Made by a program: the position numbers and the translations under genes
In this document: positions 39,498 through 49,077 of the stretch, in pieces
Layout: each line of letters opens with the position of its first letter
Position numbering within the stretch: position 1 is the first letter of the stretch
Notes under the pieces: generated by a model
What the model saw: the letters and a program-made list of their open reading frames with translations, nothing else
Told to the model about the DNA's origin: nothing
Database searches by the model: none
DNA from: Acidobacteriota bacterium
GTDB taxonomy: Bacteria; Acidobacteriota; UBA6911; RPQK01; JAJDTT01
Reading direction: 5' to 3'
Length of the DNA: 64,000 nucleotides
Assembly: GCA_965263035.1 (NCBI GenBank)
Contig: OZ253580.1
Coordinates: 5,280,001 to 5,344,000, forward strand

Positions 39498-41600
39498 TCA
39501 GGACTGACTCCGCCCTCGTTCGAGGCCTTGGTGCCGATACCCAGCAAGGTACTTGTCCACTAGCTCGAGGACGTCACCTAAATCCCTCGGTCGAGTGGAC
39601 TTCAGCTTTTCGATCCTGTCTCGTAAAATCTCCTCGCTGCTATACACGTCAACCAAGGCATCCCACTCCAAACGAAAAGAACGGTGAATGACCCTTCCGA
39701 CTTCCTCCTGTGTCAACGTACGTGCTGACTCAAGCAGAGCCCGGGTCACGCAGGACGAATCTGGGACTTCGAGTGGCGGTTCATCGGGATCGGAGTCTTG
39801 TTTTACAAAGACAAAGGTCTGGAGGAGGCATTTTTCTTTGGCCAGAGATTCGACTGGCGCAGATCGAACTTTCTCTCGCCAGGTTCTCTCGAGTTCCTGT
39901 GCCGCGTGCTTCAAGACGAGTTCGTGTCCTGTTCCGTTTTGGTGTCCGACCAACATTATCAGTTCCCACTTGGCCGACAACTGTTCGATCTGGGGCAGAA
40001 TGCGTCGAACAACATCCTCTATTCGGTCAGGGTTTTCGAGCTTTTGCAACAGCCGCAAAACTACACTTCTGACGGCGTGGCGTGGTTCGAGGTCAAAAAA
40101 ACCTTGCCGGAGATCAGGCAACTCGGGTAGGAGATTGAGTAGTACGACGCTTCCTGGTACTACGTGCTTCGGCGCGAACTGATTCTCGTACACTCCAAGG
40201 CACCCGATGACATCCTGGCGTCTTTCAGCGGGCAGCGTCCGCAGGAAGTTGTCGAAGGCTTCACCGTCGGCCATGTGACGCCATGCTTGTTCCGCTTCGG
40301 TAGATGCCTGGGAACCTTTATTGGGGACTCGTTCCAAGTACAGACGCAGGTAATCTTCATGCGCCACGCGCCGCTCCCGAACCCACGCAGCCTTAAAGTC
40401 ATCGCCGTGGTGGGAGCCGCCAACATCCGCTTGGGTTAATGGGAACAAGTTGGAGATGAGTCGACGGGCGACGCTCCTGTTGCGGTCCCCTGCCTTATCG
40501 ATCAGTTCTTTGATCTGATTCTCGAACGACGATGAATCCGATGAATCCGATGAATCTCCATAAATGGGTAGATCCCGACCCGAAGTCGTGGTGAGGCTGG
40601 GTATCGATTTGTGCAAGGTAGAAAACAAATCCGGAAGAGACATGCGAACGGCTTCGAGGCCGAGAACATCCACCAGGGCGATTTGGCCGTTGAGGGCTCG
40701 CACAGTACCGCGAATTGCAGTGGCATAGCGACGAACATGTCGTATGCTCCTTATGAGGGGCCGGACAACGTCGTGAAAAACGTCGGGCCAGCGTTCCTTG
40801 TCGAATGGACCGGCGTTTTCGATCCCGGAAAGTGCATTGTCGATCGCTTGGGTGATCTGGCTGACCATCACTTTTTCCGGAACCTCGGGGAGATCGATAG
40901 CCCACTGTAGAATTTTCTCAAGGTAATCTCGTCCAGAGATCCCCTCCTGTCCGCCCAGTGCGTTTTCCACCCGAGCGCGGTCGAATGCCGTGATGTAGAT
41001 AATATTGGGGAAATTCGCGGTCAGCCGGACGAGCTTGAAAACCGCTCGGATTTCCGGGGTCGTCAGGCGGTCGATGTCATCGACAACGACAACGAGTGGC
41101 TTCGTGAGGTCAGCAAGGGCCTTCTCCACCTTGCCCTTGCGCCCGGTGATTCCCTCCTTCCTGAGCTCGCGTAGCTTTGCAAGAGGTTTCATCATCAGTC
41201 TCAGCCGTTCAATCCATGGCCCAACTACAGGTAGCCATCCCATTCCGGAGAAGATCTCTCCATAGCGTTCCAAACTCTCAGCCAATTCATCAAAACGACG
41301 ACAGTCACGGCCTCTAAGCTGCGCCGAAAGTTCAACGAAGAAGGACTCGACGAGCTGTTCGGTGCCGCTGAACATCCACGGGTTGAAGTCGAGGATCTCG
41401 ATTCCCGCTTTTTTCAGGTGCGGACGAACCAGATTGACAAAAGATGTTTTTCCTGAACCCCAGGGGCCCAAGACACCGGTCACGACACCCTCCGAGGCGT
41501 CGAGCGAAAGAAGCTGTTCGGAAAACGATTCCGCCAGCTTTGCCCTGCCGAGGACATCCTCCTCGGGATTCTGGATTGGAATATCAATCCTAACTTTCAT
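39498..41600 (-). CDS. KAP family P-loop NTPase
   Basis: DVLGR, GPWGSGKTS, FNPWMFS, VVVDDIDRL, YLEKI; RBS AAGGA. Confidence 0.92.
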   Translation of the reverse strand: MKVRIDIPIQNPEEDVLGRAKLAESFSEQLLSLDASEGVVTGVLGPWGSGKTSFVNLVRPHLKKAGIEILDFNPWMFSGTEQLVESFFVELSAQLRGRDCRRFDELAESLERYGEIFSGMGWLPVVGPWIERLRLMMKPLAKLRELRKEGITGRKGKVEKALADLTKPLVVVVDDIDRLTTPEIRAVFKLVRLTANFPNIIYITAFDRARVENALGGQEGISGRDYLEKILQWAIDLPEVPEKVMVSQITQAIDNALSGIENAGPFDKERWPDVFHDVVRPLIRSIRHVRRYATAIRGTVRALNGQIALVDVLGLEAVRMSLPDLFSTLHKSIPSLTTTSGRDLPIYGDSSDSSDSSSFENQIKELIDKAGDRNRSVARRLISNLFPLTQADVGGSHHGDDFKAAWVRERRVAHEDYLRLYLERVPNKGSQASTEAEQAWRHMADGEAFDNFLRTLPAERRQDVIGCLGVYENQFAPKHVVPGSVVLLNLLPELPDLRQGFFDLEPRHAVRSVVLRLLQKLENPDRIEDVVRRILPQIEQLSAKWELIMLVGHQNGTGHELVLKHAAQELERTWREKVRSAPVESLAKEKCLLQTFVFVKQDSDPDEPPLEVPDSSCVTRALLESARTLTQEEVGRVIHRSFRLEWDALVDVYSSEEILRDRIEKLKSTRPRDLGDVLELVDKYLAGYRHQGLERGRSQS

Positions 41601-41769
41601 GGTCCTTTAGACCCCATCTCACGGCCGGAGACGGGGAACGCCGGCGGCCTTCGGGCCCGCTCCAGCGCCCGCCCTCCGGTCGTTGATGCTAGCACGGGGG
41701 TCTGTCCTCATGGGAACGCCATGACGCTCATCCGACGAGCCAGCGTGACTGTCCCCTGCTCGGCTTTCC

Positions 41770-42814
41770 CGACATGGGAGGCCGGCCGACGGCGGTTCAT
41801 GTCCTGGGCCGGGGACAACACCAGAATCCCTTGGACCCTGTTGCTCCGGGAATCCCCTCCGTTCTGGGCGTGGGCCTCGATCCCTATCGGCTGGAAAAAC
41901 CGAAGTGGACGACCGACACCAGCGGGCGCCGGTCGGCGCTGGCCAAATGGCTCGTGCAACCGCGGCACCCGCTCACCGCCCGGGTTCTGGTGAATCGCAT
42001 CTGACAGTACTACTTCGGCTCGGGACTGGTGAAGACGGTGGGAAACTTCGGCCGGACCGGCTCGCCTCCCTCGCACCCCGAGCTCCTTGACTGGCTGGCC
42101 ACGGAGTTCGTCCGGAGCGGATGGAGCATGAAAGCGCTCCACCGGATGATTTTGACCTCCACGTCGTACCGTCAGAGTTCTCGGCGGAATCCGGGAATCG
42201 ATGGTGACCCCGGCAACCGGCTGCTGGCCTTCTTTCCCATGCGCCGGTTGGATGCCGACGCCGTCCGCGACTCCATCCTGAAGGTTTCCGGGCGGCTCGA
42301 TGCGACACCGTTCGGACCTCCCGATCCCATCGAGGAGAAGCCGGATGGAGAGGTGGTGGCCAAGGAGTCGAAGCAGGGGTACCGGAGAAGCATCTATCTG
42401 ATGCAGCGGCGCTCGACCCCGGTCACCATGCTGGACACCTTCGACGCGCCCCAGTTGCGGCCCAACTGCCTGGTGCGGAGTCGGTCCACCGTCTCCTCCC
42501 AGGCTCTGCAATTGATGAACAGCGAAACCGTCCGGGCCAGTGCCCGTTTCATGGCGGGAAGAGTAATCGACACTGTCGGCCGCGAGCCGGCGGCGCAGGT
42601 GGAGAGAGTCTATCTGGCGGCTCTGGGCCGACCACCATCGGCCGAGGAACTGGAATGGAGCAAGTCGACACTGGCTGACATGACCAAGGAGTGGAAACGG
42701 CATCTGGACCAGGACCGGTCGCCCGAGCCGCGGCAGGGCAGGGCACAATGGCTGGCGCTGGGCACCTTCTGCCATACCTTCTTCAATACCGCAGAATTCC
42801 TCTACGTCGATTGA
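41770..42814 (+). pseudogene. truncated DUF1553 gene copy with premature stop
   Basis: No 5' part; TGG in copy 1 is TGA at 42002-42004. Confidence 0.88.
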
Positions 42815-42825
42815 GGAGCCTGAAG

Positions 42826-44307
42826 ATGGATAACCTGAACCGCATGAGTAACCGGACCCTGAACCTCCCAGGCTCAGAGCTGCCGCGGAGGACCTTCTTC
42901 TCCCGCGTCGGCGACGGGCTGCACGGGGCAGCCCTGGCCTGGCTCCTGGGCCGGGACCTTGTGGGCGCCAAACCGGACGCGAGTAGAGTCCGGGACCGGG
43001 TCTACGATCTGCGTCCGCGCCAGCCGAACTTCGAGCCCAAGGCGACTTCCGTCATCCAGTTCTTCATGAACGGGGGTCCCAGCCAGGTGGACCTGTTCGA
43101 TCCCAAACCTGCATTGGAACGTTATGCGGGTAAGCCGCCGGGACGGGATCTGGCCAGCACCATCGAGTTCATCAACGAGGCGGGCGGATTCATGCCCTCC
43201 CCCTTCAAGTTCAAGCGGTACGGCCGGTCGGGCCTCCAACTTTCCAACATGATGCCGCATCTGGCCGAGCAGGTGGATGACATCGCGGTGATCCGGTCCA
43301 TGTTCACCACCCACTTCAACCACGAACCGTCCATCTTCCTGATGCAGAGCGGCCGCCCCTTCTCCAACCGTCCGAGTCTTGGATCCTGGGTGGTCTACGG
43401 GCTGGGCAGCGAGAACCGGAACCTGCCGGCCTATGTGGTCCTGGACGACCCCAAGGGCCTGCCCATCAACCATATCCAAAACTGGCATTCGGGCTGGCTC
43501 CCGCCCGTTTACCAGGGCACTCGGGTCCGCGCGAAGGGCACTCCGATCCTGAACCTGAAGGCGAAGAACGAATACCCCGACCCGGTGCGGGATCTGGCGC
43601 GTTCGCTGCTGGGACGCCTCGACCGGCATCACCGGGACCAGCGTCCAGGCGAGGCGGAACTGCAGGCGCGAATCACCAACTACGAGTTGGCGGCGGGTAT
43701 GCAGTTGGCGGCCAGCGATGCCCTGGACATCTCCCAGGAGAGCGCCGCGACGCGGGAGATGTACGGTGTCGGCCAGGAAGAGACCGACTCGTACGGGCGG
43801 CGTTGCCTGATGGCCCGTCGTCTGGTGGAACGGGGTGTCCGGTTGGTCCAACTGTATATCGAGGGGCAGATCTGGGATACCCACCAGAACCTGCAGCAGG
43901 CGCTGGGGTACGCTTGCGGCAAGACCGACAAACCCGTATCCGCTTTGCTGAAGGACCTGAAACAACGGGGCCTCCTCGACTCGACACTGCTGGTGTGGGG
44001 CGGGGAATTCGGCCGGCTGCCTCTGTCTCAGAGTCGACAGGGGAACCTGGCGGGACGCGACCATGGGCCGGCAGGCTTCTCGGTCTGGCTGGCTGGAGGA
44101 GGCGTCCGCGGTGGGACCGTCTACGGATCCACCGACGAGATCGGCTTCAGGGCGGTGGAGAACCGGGTCAGCGTCCACGATCTCCACGCCACCATCCTGC
44201 ACCAGCTCGGGTTGGGTCACCGGGAGCTGGTCATGGTCCGGGAGGGCCGCAGCGAACGCCTCACCGACGAGTTCCCGGCCCGGGTGGTGAAGGAGATCCT
44301 GGCGTAG
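42826..44307 (+). CDS. DUF1501 family protein (copy 2)
   Basis: Protein identical to 31215-32696. Confidence 0.93.
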   Translation: MDNLNRMSNRTLNLPGSELPRRTFFSRVGDGLHGAALAWLLGRDLVGAKPDASRVRDRVYDLRPRQPNFEPKATSVIQFFMNGGPSQVDLFDPKPALERYAGKPPGRDLASTIEFINEAGGFMPSPFKFKRYGRSGLQLSNMMPHLAEQVDDIAVIRSMFTTHFNHEPSIFLMQSGRPFSNRPSLGSWVVYGLGSENRNLPAYVVLDDPKGLPINHIQNWHSGWLPPVYQGTRVRAKGTPILNLKAKNEYPDPVRDLARSLLGRLDRHHRDQRPGEAELQARITNYELAAGMQLAASDALDISQESAATREMYGVGQEETDSYGRRCLMARRLVERGVRLVQLYIEGQIWDTHQNLQQALGYACGKTDKPVSALLKDLKQRGLLDSTLLVWGGEFGRLPLSQSRQGNLAGRDHGPAGFSVWLAGGGVRGGTVYGSTDEIGFRAVENRVSVHDLHATILHQLGLGHRELVMVREGRSERLTDEFPARVVKEILA

Positions 44308-44401
44308 CTGGCCGCGGTGGCCTTTGCGACGGTGCGTCCACGGGCCGATAGATTTTGATAGCTAAGCCTGGATAGCTGATTATCTGGTGGAGCGTTTCGT
44401 C

Positions 44402-44644
44402 ATGGTCGTCAAAGTTGGCCCAAAACGCCAAGTCACGCTTCCGACGCGGATAATGGAGGCGTTGGGCGTAGGTCCCGGCGACGAATTGGAGCTGACCGAA
44501 GGCCGTGACGGCTTCACGTTACGGCGTAGACGTATCGAATTGTCCCGGCTGGGAACGCTGCACAGCAAGATCTCGCCGGGACACGCGCCATTCGACATCG
44601 CCAAGTTCCGGAAACAATCGTACGACCTGACATTCAGGGATTGA
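44402..44644 (+). CDS. AbrB/MazE-type antitoxin, paralog of 33181-33423
   Basis: MVVKVGPKRQVTLP..ALGVGPGDELEL..SRLGTL..PFDI. Confidence 0.78.
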   Translation: MVVKVGPKRQVTLPTRIMEALGVGPGDELELTEGRDGFTLRRRRIELSRLGTLHSKISPGHAPFDIAKFRKQSYDLTFRD

Positions 44645-44776
44645 CCGCCCGTTCTTTCCCCTTAGATTCTTCGGATAGCCGGAACTGGATTTCATGCTGG
44701 TAAGCCGCAAATTGGATGTTCCTGACCATCAGATGTAGCCTTCCATACTTAGACGATCCGTTCGTCAGATGACGCG

Positions 44777-45034
44777 ATGACTCCGGAAGAGATGATGGTG
44801 GACCTGAAAGCCCGCGGCCATCCGGTAGAATCGGATGAGAGTGGCTTGGCGCAAGTCGTGGCTGCGCTCGGCGTTGCGTATCGTGGGGATCGGGAGGCGA
44901 TCGACGCGTTTCTCAACCGACCGCATCCACTTTTGGACGGTGAGACGCCTTTCGAAATGACTCGCTCCGGTTCGGCAGGTGCGGAAGCGGTCTTGAATCT
45001 CATTCGTCGGGCTCAGGCCGGCATCGCTCTCTGA
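44777..45034 (+). CDS. MbcA/ParS/Xre-type antitoxin C-terminal domain (DUF2384), orphan
   Basis: FLNRPHPLLDGETP..G.EAVLNLIRR; no RES toxin downstream. Confidence 0.7.
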   Translation: MTPEEMMVDLKARGHPVESDESGLAQVVAALGVAYRGDREAIDAFLNRPHPLLDGETPFEMTRSGSAGAEAVLNLIRRAQAGIAL

Positions 45035-45074
45035 TCACATGGCTTGAATCCTCTCCCTGGCCGCGGCCCGGGAA

Positions 45075-45299
45075 ATGATCCAAGGAACGCGGCAGCAACG
45101 AGGTATCCGCTTCTTCGCGGAAATCGAAGCCGGCCTGGAGGTGCAGCCAGTGGCCGCGACCTGGACGGGCATTGGTCTGGGGGGAGACGTCAGGGCTACT
45201 GGGGATGACTTCAATGTGCTGGAGAATCTCCGACTCGAGTATGCGGACAAGGTCGATGAACCCGAGCAACTGAAGCTCTGGCAGGACGATGAGGCTTGA
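45075..45299 (+). pseudogene. probable 3' fragment of DUF1156 adenine methylase
   Basis: FFAEIEAGLEVQPV..TGI.L.G....GDDF..LENL..Y.DKVDEPEQLKLW resembles, from memory, DUF1156 C-termini; not verified by search. Confidence 0.45.
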
Positions 45300-45435
45300 C
45301 ACAGTTTATGTGTCGGGCAATGTTTCCCAGCCGAAGCGTGCACTTCGTTGTTTTGGCCGTATGCTTCGTTAATTATTGGTAGATTATTGGTAGCAGATTG
45401 ACAATTGCTATAACCCGGAGTGATCGGAGGACTTA

Positions 45436-45695
45436 TGTCTGATATCTGCTTGTCCGGTACGAAAGTCCCGGACAACCTCTCCGAGATCACGAGGCGTGTT
45501 CAGTTCGCAGGCGAGCGGATAGCGATGCGAAAACATGGGAAGACCGTCACCGTCCTGGTGCCGCCGTCCGATCTTGAAGCTCTGGAGGCTCTTGAAGATC
45601 GGCTCGATCTCTTGGACGCTCTGGATCCGTTGGCGGACTATCGAGCGAACGGCGGTGTCAGTTTCGACGACCTCAAGGGCGACCTCGGTCTTTGA
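45436..45695 (+). CDS. Phd/YefM-type antitoxin (possibly degenerate)
   Basis: NLSEITRRVQFAGERI...HGK..VLV..DLE.LE.LEDRLD; overlaps the relE start; start position approximate. Confidence 0.75.
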
Positions 45696-45973
45696 CTTGC
45701 CGGATTGTATTTTCGAGAGCGGCGGAAAAAGATCTTCGTAAAATTGTCGACCATACAACCCTCCGTCGATTGGCTGGCGCAATTGAGGTCTTGGCAGGGG
45801 ATCTGTTTCCAGCTGGCGCCCGAAAAGTTGGCGGGGTCGGCGCAGTCTGGCGCATTCTGGTAGGCGGCTGGCGTATCTGCTATACGGTCGAGGCAGGCGA
45901 ACTGGTCATTCTGATCCTTACCATTTCTCGAAGCGCCGATGTGTACGATCGGTTGCGCCGACGGTTGGGGTGA
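45692..45973 (+). CDS. relE: RelE/ParE family toxin
   Basis: IVFSRAAEKDLRKI...P.GARK..G...WRI.VG.WRICY.V...DVY. Confidence 0.8.
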   Translation: MTCRIVFSRAAEKDLRKIVDHTTLRRLAGAIEVLAGDLFPAGARKVGGVGAVWRILVGGWRICYTVEAGELVILILTISRSADVYDRLRRRLG

Positions 45974-46325
45974 GGAGGGCACCCATGCTCACCGATCATA
46001 CGTGGAAGCTCAATCGGGAGTTCGTATTCAAAGGTTGATGATCGTACGCGTTTTCCCCATGTCGACCAAACACCGACGGCTGCTTCCGATCACCGAGAGA
46101 TGGCTACCAGGAGTGGTCATCGGCAGCTCGGTCGAAGAAGTGCCCGAGATCATGGGAGTGGAACGAAAAGGGGCCAGTAACGTTCTCGAGCCACGTAACC
46201 ACGTGACCCGAAGAGTTCACTCCACATAGGAAGGACTCCCGCAAGGCTCGTGCCATTCTCCTCACTCGGTGCTTTACCAGGACCTCCGCTCTTTACAAGT
46301 ATTGCCATACAATTGCGTTGGTAAG

Positions 46326-47183
46326 TTATTGATTCTGTTCTTGAGGCAATCGAGAGATTTGTTGCATCATCGCATGGATAGCACTAGTGGTCAGATTAAA
46401 GAGTATTTCTGCTTCGCTTCCGCCTAGAGATATTTCCGGATGCATTAACGGATTGCGATGGGTGTCCTTTATTTGACTAAGTACATCTAGAATTGAGCTT
46501 ACCTGGCGTTTGAGTTCTTGGTTCTTTTCACTTTTGTTTTCGGCTCGAATTCTATCGATACATGGTGCCCATTCGGTCTTGAAATCGGCGGTAGAGTTGA
46601 TCAACTGATGCCAATTTCGTAACACCGCCTCAGCGGAACGGACAATATGGAAACCACTGGCTGTAGCAAAGCCGAACGCCAAACACCGACCAGACTCTTT
46701 GAAATCGTCCAGTGGGCTGCCCTCCATGTTGTCTAGCTTCTCAATTATTTCCATGCTAAACACACGCTCAGGACAAGTAATCAATGTATCTATAGATAAT
46801 AGTCCCTTTTCAGAGATCAGATAGCTATGGAGCAGGGGAAACTCGTTCGACAATATTATTTCTAAATTGCGGGCGCGAGTCGCGATTTGTTCAACTGCAA
46901 ATGATTCTACTTTTGACTCGAACCATTTGTGGCTGGGCTCCTCAGATGATTTCCTCTTGATTGCATTTGTAATAGTTTCAATTAATGTCGCAACCGGCTT
47001 ATCGTTACGCAGTGCAATCGGTACCCCATTAAGTAAATCCTTTAATGTGGTAACAAGCAAAATTGATTCCACGAAGATATTGCCTTTAGTATTTGTATCC
47101 TCCCATTTTGTCAGTGGATGAAGCAAGTAGCCTAATTCATAAAATGCATGTAAATTTACCTTATTCAAGGGTAGCACCTCCAT
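46326..47183 (-). CDS. HEPN/DUF4145-like protein; markedly AT-rich
   Basis: ESGRCLAFGFATASGFHIVRSAEAVLR and RNPLMH (RxxxxH); start uncertain (47168-47219). Confidence 0.7.
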   Translation of the reverse strand: MEVLPLNKVNLHAFYELGYLLHPLTKWEDTNTKGNIFVESILLVTTLKDLLNGVPIALRNDKPVATLIETITNAIKRKSSEEPSHKWFESKVESFAVEQIATRARNLEIILSNEFPLLHSYLISEKGLLSIDTLITCPERVFSMEIIEKLDNMEGSPLDDFKESGRCLAFGFATASGFHIVRSAEAVLRNWHQLINSTADFKTEWAPCIDRIRAENKSEKNQELKRQVSSILDVLSQIKDTHRNPLMHPEISLGGSEAEILFNLTTSAIHAMMQQISRLPQEQNQ

Positions 47184-47391
47184 ATACAGCGCCCAGCAAC
47201 AATCGCAGCAGAACTCCATGCTGTTAAAGGAAAACGGCGGGTCATGTTAAGACTCAATGGCAATAGTCCAAAGGAGTTGATGCAGCGAGTTAACTTGGGC
47301 CTATTTCTTCAAACAAGAACGGCCTGAAGCAATGGGGCGGAAAATATAGGGGATTATATACGAAAGTGCCGAAAAAGGTTGCCCGTAGGGG

Positions 47392-47420
47392 TTGACAATC
47401 CCGGAACTTTCCTATATAAT
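47392..47420 (+). promoter_or_regulatory. consensus sigma70 promoter for the transposase
   Basis: TTGACA (47392-47397), 17-bp spacer, TATAAT (47415-47420); AGGAGG RBS, then ATG at 47446. Confidence 0.75.
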
Positions 47421-47445
47421 ATGTCTTGTAAGTCAGGAGGCTGCA

Positions 47446-48396
47446 ATGAGTTACGAGACACGGAACAAGGCACCCGGCAAGGCGTTCCGAGAGGGACTTT
47501 CACTTCGCGGATTCTTCAAGAGATTTCCCGACGATAAAGCCGCTGAGGAATGGTTCATAAAGCAGCGGTGGCCGGAGGAAGTCTGTTGCGTCCATTGCGG
47601 CTCCACCAACGTCCAGACCGGAGCCAAGCATCCTTCCATGCCGTATCGTTGCCGCGATTGCGGCAAGCGGTTCAGCGTCCGGGTCGGGACGGTTATGCAG
47701 TCCTCCAAACTCGGCTATCAGACTTGGTTGCTTGCGACCTACCTCCTTACTACCAGCCTCAAGAGCGTTTCCTCCATGAAGCTGCATCGTGACCTGGACG
47801 TAACACAGAAGACGGCTTGGCACCTTGCTCACCGGATACGGAAAGGTCTGAACCTGACTGGAATGGCCCTGTTCTCCGGCCCGGTCGAGGCTGACGAGGC
47901 GTATCTCGGCGGAAAGCGGAAGAATATGCCGAAGGCCAAACGCGCCAAACTGAAGGGACGTGGAGCCGTTGGAAAGACGGCCGTGGCTGCCGTCAAAGAT
48001 CGCCCCTCCAACCAAGTGTCGGCCCGAGTCGTCCCTGACACCAAGTCTGAAACCCTCTCCCGTTTCGTCTTGGAGCACGTGGGAGAAGATGCCAAGATCT
48101 ACACGGACGATTCAACCTCTTACGGCCGGCTTGTCCATCACGAGACGGTCAGACATTCTCTTCAGGAGTACGTCAAAGGCAACTGCCACACCAACGGAGC
48201 CGAATCGTTCTGGTCCATGTTGAAGCGGAGTTACCACGGAACCTTTCACCACTTCTCGGAACAGCACACCGACCGATACGTTGGAGAGTTTGCCGCACGT
48301 CACAACCTAAGGCGCATGGACACGTTGGATCAAATGGCCCTGGTCGCTGACCGGATGGTGGGAAAGCGGCTGCGTTACAAGGATTTGGTGGGTTGA
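47446..48396 (+). CDS. IS1595 family transposase
   Basis: Zn ribbon CVHCGS/CRDCGKRFS, VEADEAYLGG, YTDD, HTNGAESFW. Confidence 0.95.
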   Translation: MSYETRNKAPGKAFREGLSLRGFFKRFPDDKAAEEWFIKQRWPEEVCCVHCGSTNVQTGAKHPSMPYRCRDCGKRFSVRVGTVMQSSKLGYQTWLLATYLLTTSLKSVSSMKLHRDLDVTQKTAWHLAHRIRKGLNLTGMALFSGPVEADEAYLGGKRKNMPKAKRAKLKGRGAVGKTAVAAVKDRPSNQVSARVVPDTKSETLSRFVLEHVGEDAKIYTDDSTSYGRLVHHETVRHSLQEYVKGNCHTNGAESFWSMLKRSYHGTFHHFSEQHTDRYVGEFAARHNLRRMDTLDQMALVADRMVGKRLRYKDLVG

Positions 48397-48898
48397 ACGA
48401 AAATCGACTGATCTTTGGAGACAACCTTGAAGTCATGCGGGAGGATGTCCCGGATGAATCCGTTGGGAACACACCCAATACATTGGCCTTCCCCATACCA
48501 TCACACACGCTCAGGAGCTTGCCAGCATCGATAAATTCCGGTTTGAGAGGTGGGCTGCTGCTCTGGTGGACGGTATGGAGCCGAACCGAATCCAGAGACG
48601 GGATGGCGGAATTGACGGCGTGGGACGGCTCCCGATCCGCCAGGGCCGGTTCATTGACATCGTTTCTCAGGTCAAAGGCGGCTCTACCAATCCCGGACAC
48701 GTCCAAGCCTTCAACGGCGCACGTCAACAGGCCGGAGCTGATCTCGGCATCTTCACCTGCTTTCGAGACAGAGTGACCAACGGCATGAGAAATGCCGCCG
48801 TCAACGCCGGACGCTTCATGGACCTGCCCAAGATTCAAATCTACACGCCGGAAGACTCCTTTGAGGGGAAGCAACCTAGGATGCCGAGGGCCGCATGA
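48393..48898 (+). pseudogene. internally deleted DNA methyltransferase / Mrr-like restriction endonuclease fusion
   Basis: NRLIFGDNLEVMR..PDESV (MTase start) joined out of frame to IGLP..LA..DKFRFERWA..DGGIDG..QVKGG (PD-(D/E)XK-like). Confidence 0.75.
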
Positions 48899-49077
48899 AG
48901 AAACCCAGACACAATCCCCAACATCCCACCATCGAACTGGTCAAGGATTCCTACCAACCGACCAAGGCCGAACTGGAACAGGATATGCGCGTGGAAGCAG
49001 ACTTCGAGGAGCTGGCCCGTGCATTGGTCCAGCCCGTGAATATCAGATGGATAGACCGGCCACGGAACCGGCGTTAA
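48895..49077 (+). CDS. small IS1595 passenger protein
   Basis: ATGA overlap; YQPTKAELEQDMR..FEEL..ALVQPV.I; ends just inside the right TIR. Confidence 0.55.
   Translation: MKKPRHNPQHPTIELVKDSYQPTKAELEQDMRVEADFEELARALVQPVNIRWIDRPRNRR

Larger units (their letters stand above)
41770..44308 (+). repeat. direct repeat copy 2
   Basis: Diverged over the first ~400 bp; apparently identical to copy 1 from ~42165 to ~44273. Confidence 0.95.

Noticed and set aside
40531-40556. 9-bp tandem repeat GATGAATCC x3
   Set aside because: In-frame Ser/Asp linker within the KAP NTPase; too short to suggest phase variation.
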